Of a DNA stretch of 12,332 nt, positions 8,452 through 12,332 are shown one piece after another; positions within the stretch are counted from its first letter, which is position 1; each line of letters begins with the position of its first letter. The stretch lies in NCBI GenBank assembly GCA_029856365.1, contig JAHQWW010000115.1:1-12332 (forward strand), written 5' to 3'. The position numbers were made by a program, and so were the translations under genes. The notes beneath the pieces are model-generated. The model was not told the DNA's origin, searched no databases, and saw only the letters and a program-made list of their open reading frames with translations. This DNA comes from Candidatus Hodarchaeota archaeon. GTDB lineage: Archaea > Asgardarchaeota > Heimdallarchaeia > Hodarchaeales > Hodarchaeaceae.

Positions 8452-8991
8452 TTAGTAAGAAATGTCGTTGTTTATTCTTAATATTAATTCAACAGCTTGA
8501 TTTAAATGGTCTGAAACCTTATTTGATAACACAGGAACACCCTCAAGGGTGTTAATTCCCTCGGTGATAATAATTCCAGTTATAAATAGGGGTTTTCGAT
8601 TATTAAAACGTTTTTTTGTTTTATAATAGTCTCCAGTATTCTTACAAACAAAGATTAATGGGATCGCAGGGAAATTTGAGGGGTAACTTTCACAAAATAC
8701 AATATCCATATCCAATGGGAGGTACCTGAGGAGGGTGTGGAAGTCTGTTCGTTGATCGGTTTTTTGGAACAATACATTCTCATAAGGACTAGTTGATAAG
8801 ATAGTAGTTGCTCTAGTTTTTCTTAATATGGCTGAATCTTTATGAGTAGGATCAAGGTCGAATCTATGCCTCATAAATTTTATTATTGCTACTTTAAAAC
8901 CTCTATTGGCACAAATATCAGTTAAGTTCATCGTTGTCGTTGTTTTCCCTGTATTTTTACTTCCAATTATTCCAACAATATATTTTACCAT
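8452..8991 (-). CDS. mobB: Molybdopterin-guanine dinucleotide biosynthesis protein B (P-loop), divergent
   Basis: N-terminal Walker A GSKNTGKTT, RGFKVAIIK, HRFDLD...KDS, DIVFCESY (canonical DLVLVEGFK). ATG at 8991 is preferred over TTG at 9006 because MobB normally begins a few residues before the P-loop strand. Confidence 0.8.
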   Translation of the reverse strand: MVKYIVGIIGSKNTGKTTTTMNLTDICANRGFKVAIIKFMRHRFDLDPTHKDSAILRKTRATTILSTSPYENVLFQKTDQRTDFHTLLRYLPLDMDIVFCESYPSNFPAIPLIFVCKNTGDYYKTKKRFNNRKPLFITGIIITEGINTLEGVPVLSNKVSDHLNQAVELILRINNDISY

Positions 8992-9025
8992 TTTTCTGAA
9001 TTCCAAACTGTTGGAAGGTTTACCA

Positions 9026-9394
9026 TTAGATCATATAGATCAGTAAATAGATCAATACACCACCAAATACAATTAAGCCCCCTATTGTACCTCCAAGGAT
9101 TGCTAATAATGTAGATAAGATCATCCACATAATAATATCCTCTTCATGGGGTTTTTGATGAATAGTTACAAAAAGAACAGCAATACCACATATAATGGTT
9201 AAGGTACTCCATAAAAAGTTAAGTTCGGGAGGAATGGAAATAAAGTTTGGTAATATTGTGTTTATCGGTGTTGTTTGGCCAACCAGAGCTGTAATTCCCA
9301 AAAGGATCATAATAACCCCCCCAATGGCTGCTAAAAGTACTCCAGCTATTGAACCATATCGGTGCCATTTTGATTTATATCTACGTTTTGGCAA
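9026..9394 (-). CDS. Small hypothetical membrane protein (3-4 TM segments)
   Basis: Basic N-terminus, hydrophobic helices and a Gly-rich terminal hairpin GGTIGGLIVFGG. TTG start with a GAGG SD. Probably co-transcribed with mobB. Confidence 0.8.
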   Translation of the reverse strand: MPKRRYKSKWHRYGSIAGVLLAAIGGVIMILLGITALVGQTTPINTILPNFISIPPELNFLWSTLTIICGIAVLFVTIHQKPHEEDIIMWMILSTLLAILGGTIGGLIVFGGVLIYLLIYMI

Positions 9395-9432
9395 TTATGA
9401 ATTCCTCTATTCTATTACTCAAGTCAAGTAGG

Positions 9433-9442
9433 TTTATATAAA
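9433..9442. promoter_or_regulatory. Palindromic TATA box between divergent genes
   Basis: TTTATATAAA is a perfect palindrome lying between the 9394 (-) and 9517 (+) starts. Purine-rich BRE-like AAGTAGG precedes it on the + strand. Confidence 0.5.
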
Positions 9443-9516
9443 GAAAACCGAGCTTTTGAAATTCTAAATACTTGTAGATAATTTCAAAAGTACTCTAAGA
9501 TTCTTTCTTTCCTACA

Positions 9517-9963
9517 ATGAATCCTAATACACGAACTTCCTGGGAACGTTATTTTATGAAGATTGCTCAACAAGTAGCTACAAGGTCAACTTGCGATCGA
9601 AAACACATTGGCGCGGTGATTGTAAGGGATAAAACGATCCTCTCAACAGGATATAATGGTTCTATCCGCACTCTGCCACATTGTGATGATATTGGACATA
9701 TGATGGAAAATGGACATTGTGTTCGTACAGTACATGCAGAAGCCAATGCTATCGCACAAGCAGCTAAAAATGGAGTTAATGTGAATCAATCAGAGATCTA
9801 TATCACTGCGTCCCCCTGTTGGACGTGTTTTAAATTATTAGCTAATGCAGGGATTATCAAAGTTATTTTCGGAGAGTTCTATAAAGACGAGAGGATATTT
9901 GAAGCTGCAAAACTGGCTAATATCCAGCTGAAACACCTTGAATTGCGTACTAAAGAAAAATAA
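9517..9963 (+). CDS. dCMP deaminase (ComEB-like cytidine/deoxycytidylate deaminase)
   Basis: SWERYFM.IA..VATRSTC.R..GAVIV, STGYNG, zinc motifs HAEANAI and SPCWTC. Confidence 0.92.
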   Translation: MNPNTRTSWERYFMKIAQQVATRSTCDRKHIGAVIVRDKTILSTGYNGSIRTLPHCDDIGHMMENGHCVRTVHAEANAIAQAAKNGVNVNQSEIYITASPCWTCFKLLANAGIIKVIFGEFYKDERIFEAAKLANIQLKHLELRTKEK

Positions 9964-10094
9964 GTCATAATTGAAACTTGTTAAGGAGTTCAATTCATTG
10001 AGACTCATCCAGTAGGTTGAGCTCCCTCTTCAATAAAAAAATGAGAAGAAAAAAAATCCTAAATTACATCTTATCTTGTACGTGCTACCCAACT

Positions 10095-10466
10095 TTATTG
10101 AACATTATATCTTTGAAAATATTGAGTTCTTGCACGTTTTAATCGTTTTTTCCGTTCTCTGCTTTTCTTAACAACGGTTCTTCTTTTCTGTTTTTTAAAT
10201 TTATCTTTTTTAGATGAATGAGTTGATAATTTACTTGAGTGTGATCGATTAATTTTCTTTTTAGGATACTTCTTCTTTTTCTTCTCTATTTGGGTATTTA
10301 TTGAGGATTTTGTGACATGCGGGATCTTTTTGGGTGAAACAGAGGCAAATTGCCGCTTTTTCTTCTTCATGATCGCTTTTGTTTTTTCTTCTTCTTCCTC
10401 GAAATACTTTGTTGCGATATCTATTTCTGTGCGACCCCGTTTGTTTCTTCTTGAATGGACTGTCAT
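10095..10466 (-). CDS. Highly basic Lys/Arg-rich low-complexity protein of unknown function (123 aa)
   Basis: The GTG at 10475 in the ORF track lies inside an archaeal SD, AGGTGA (10477-10472), spaced 5 nt from the ATG at 10466, so that ATG is the better start. Minus-strand T-tracts follow the stop (10035-10056). Confidence 0.75.
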   Translation of the reverse strand: MTVHSRRNKRGRTEIDIATKYFEEEEEKTKAIMKKKKRQFASVSPKKIPHVTKSSINTQIEKKKKKYPKKKINRSHSSKLSTHSSKKDKFKKQKRRTVVKKSRERKKRLKRARTQYFQRYNVQ

Positions 10467-10471
10467 TGAAG

Positions 10472-10477
10472 TCACCT
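10472..10477 (-). promoter_or_regulatory. Shine-Dalgarno site AGGTGA
   Basis: Complementary to the 16S 3' end (UCACCU), 5 nt before the ATG at 10466. Confidence 0.7.
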
Positions 10478-10485
10478 GTAATCAA

Positions 10486-10830
10486 TATCGAGACTGTACA
10501 AATGTTACTTGTCTCGATAGTAGTTCTTTGTACGTCCCTAATCAGCTCAGAAGCGTCTCAGAGTCTTTCTGCTTTTCTCCCATGTGTTAAGTAATGATAA
10601 ACCTTATTATTGTTTAACATGGCGAGGTTTAAGCTATTGCTCTATCAACGATTTACGGGTCTGAATTAGTTCAGATAAATTATATTCTTTTTTCGAAACA
10701 CATTTGTTGTATATTGTTAGACTTAAACTACTGGTGTCTTATAAGTTTAGTCATTCATTCATCGTATCATACACAATTCTTAATTTGAAGTTTAAGCCAT
10801 GCTATGATACTTCTTGTACTACTATGAGCC
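10486..10830. ncRNA. Candidate structured RNA (long 5' leader of the basic-protein gene, or an independent ncRNA). No known family recognised.
   Basis: Series of inverted repeats (10486-10519, 10548-10571, 10577-10626, 10651-10680, 10720-10752, 10764-10810) plus long-range pairing of 10513-10524 with 10818-10828. No convincing ORF. Confidence 0.45.
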
Positions 10831-10850
10831 TTAGATTTTTAAGCTTATCC

Positions 10851-10858
10851 TTTTATAA
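10851..10858. promoter_or_regulatory. Candidate TATA box usable in both directions
   Basis: TTTTATAA (+) / TTATAAAA (-). On the minus strand it predicts a start near 10828-10830, matching the edge of the long-range stem. On the + strand it could serve the HAD gene. Confidence 0.45.
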
Positions 10859-10915
10859 TCCATGATAGAAAATTTTTGAAGCAGAAAAAGTAATTCATCA
10901 TCCGTTGGGTCGAGA

Positions 10916-11647
10916 ATGACTGATTTTCAAGTAATTTTTTTTAATGCCGGAGGAACACTAATTCAATTGAAGAATACAACATTGCCTATCCTTTATTCTC
11001 AACTTATGTCACGAATTCTAAAGAAATCTTTTTCACCCGAAGAAATATTCTTAGCTTTCCGCAAAGCTGAAGCATGGGTACTTTCTCGGAGAATACCAGG
11101 AGCATTATTCTCAGATCTAGACCAACGAAAATACCAAAATATTTTTTATGGTCAATTAGGGATTTTTAACCGAAAAAAAATCAACTGGATTGAAAAACAG
11201 ATTGCTGGCAAATTAGAAATGGATTATGTCTTGGAAAAAGGTACAAAGACATTGCTGCGTTTTTTGAAACAAAAATACCAGCTTGGACTTATATCAAACT
11301 GGGATGATTCATTAATAGATATCTTGCAAAACCTTGGAATTTTGGACTATTTTGATTCGATTACTCTATCTGGGGATATAGGAATAAGTAAGCCTGATGC
11401 TGCAATATTCAAATCCGCTCTCGATGACTTTCCAGAGGTTAAACCAAAACAGACTGTTTATATTGGAGATGAATATCTGAACGATGTTGTTCCAGCTCAA
11501 AAGTTGAAAATGGTTGCTATTCTTTTTGATAAAGGGCCCTCAGGCATGCATGGACGACCTTTTCAAACTGCTGTGAAATGTACTAGAATCAAAGAACTAA
11601 ACCAATTACCCGAAATTCTAAACAAACACGCTATAGTTCGTAAGTAA
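10916..11647 (+). CDS. HAD-superfamily subfamily IA protein (REG-2/HDHD3-like) with motif I Asp replaced by Asn
   Basis: Motif I FFNAGGTL (canonical FFDxGGTL), motif II ISNWD, motif III KPD..IF, motif IV YIGD...ND. Confidence 0.9.
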   Translation: MTDFQVIFFNAGGTLIQLKNTTLPILYSQLMSRILKKSFSPEEIFLAFRKAEAWVLSRRIPGALFSDLDQRKYQNIFYGQLGIFNRKKINWIEKQIAGKLEMDYVLEKGTKTLLRFLKQKYQLGLISNWDDSLIDILQNLGILDYFDSITLSGDIGISKPDAAIFKSALDDFPEVKPKQTVYIGDEYLNDVVPAQKLKMVAILFDKGPSGMHGRPFQTAVKCTRIKELNQLPEILNKHAIVRK

Positions 11648-11742
11648 TGAATATTAATAGAAATGGTTACAGGAGTAAATACATTTATTTAAAAAATCAT
11701 ATTGTTTTAGAATAATAAATCCCGTTATTAGAGGGAAAAGTT

Positions 11743-12332
11743 ATGTATAGTGATCTATCACCTCAGACACAATCAATTCTTCCAGGAAAAATAGGACATC
11801 TTTTTTCTGTAATGCGAGTAGCATCGTTTCATCACTCCCCACGATTCGCTTCTTGCTCTTTTGATGGAACTGTAAGAATTTGGAATGGTGAGAAACAGGA
11901 GAAGGTCCTTTTCTTTTTCTCCGAGGCTATCGAAGGACTTTCAATAACTCCTGACGATAACAAAATCATCGTGGTTCTCGCAGACTCATCGAAAGCTTTT
12001 CTTTATAATTTACAGAATGAACAAATGCATGAAATCGGCGGTGACATTGCCTTTCGGAATATTTTTGGAATAAATCCCAGTAGTACAAAAGCTGCTATCG
12101 CCACTTTCGATGATGATGTCTTTATATATCACCTTACCTCCCAGAAGTTAGGATCACATCTTTTTGTAGAAAATATGTCTGGAAATTCTTTAATCTGGAT
12201 AAATGATGATATTTTCTGTATTCCCAAGAGAGATGGTGGTGTTGCGTTAATTAGTAGCGAGAAACGAAAGATTGAACAAGAAATTCCTGTGCATGATGGG
12301 CTTATAACTTCTATTTGTAGAGACGGGGAGAG
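11743..12332 (+). CDS. WD40-repeat beta-propeller protein (3'-truncated, absent from the ORF track)
   Basis: Manual translation, open to the window end: MYSDLSPQ...GHLFSVMRVASFHHSPRFASCSFDGTVRIWN...ITPDDNKII...INPSSTKAAIATFDDDVFIY...VHDGLITSI. First repeat is canonical GH...WN. GAGGG SD at 11731-11735. Confidence 0.88.
   Translation, partial: MYSDLSPQTQSILPGKIGHLFSVMRVASFHHSPRFASCSFDGTVRIWNGEKQEKVLFFFSEAIEGLSITPDDNKIIVVLADSSKAFLYNLQNEQMHEIGGDIAFRNIFGINPSSTKAAIATFDDDVFIYHLTSQKLGSHLFVENMSGNSLIWINDDIFCIPKRDGGVALISSEKRKIEQEIPVHDGLITSICRDGE

Noticed and set aside
9195-9431. 78-aa + strand ORF
   Set aside because: Antisense to the small membrane-protein gene, which has the SD and coherent TM segments.
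9517-9963. Deaminase as an antiviral dCTP deaminase (AvcD-type) with the nearby RNA as antitoxin
   Set aside because: It is a 148-aa stand-alone ComEB-type enzyme without the fused P-loop kinase domain, and the RNA candidate is not directly upstream of it.
10312-10594. + strand ORFs 10312..10590 and 10379..10594
   Set aside because: Phe/Ser/Leu runs simply mirror the Lys/Glu codons of the minus-strand gene.
10261-10620. Minus-strand frame starting at ATG 10620 with a single in-frame TGA, continuing into ORF 10261..10485 (possible selenocysteine read-through)
   Set aside because: No SD, no Sec-protein-like context and no recognisable SECIS. It overlaps the basic-protein gene, which has the strong SD.
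10486-10830. SRP RNA, RNase P RNA, tRNA, CRISPR array or IS/MITE as explanation of the hairpin region
   Set aside because: No SRP helix-8 motif, no RNase P GAGGAAAGUCC, no cloverleaf or T-loop, no regularly spaced direct repeats, and no transposase or clear target-site duplication. A MITE cannot be fully excluded without a genome-wide search.

Overview
AT-rich, gene-dense window from an archaeon, most plausibly an Asgard (Heimdallarchaeia-like) genome. The taxonomy is inferred from an archaeal-type AspRS, isopentenyl phosphate kinase, TATA boxes, an AGGTGA Shine-Dalgarno site, an N-glycosylation-rich membrane protein and a WD40 protein. Gene order: 3' end of a probable EcfT gene (+), aspS (-), 759-aa membrane protein with a large acidic domain (-), DUF92 (-), bacterial-type NAD+-dependent DNA ligase (-), isopentenyl phosphate kinase (+), mobB (-), small membrane protein (-), dCMP deaminase (+), very Lys/Arg-rich orphan (-), a ~450-nt gap, HAD-family protein (+), start of a WD40 protein (+). 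The most unusual signals: (1) a ~320-345 nt non-coding stretch packed with hairpins and closed by a long-range stem, directly upstream of the basic orphan gene, with a mutually exclusive hairpin beside its SD; (2) a PIP-box-like motif in the linker of the NAD+ ligase; (3) an AspRS with AsnRS-like segments; (4) a HAD protein whose nucleophile Asp is Asn. All calls come from reading motifs and base-pairing by eye. No searches or folding programs were run.
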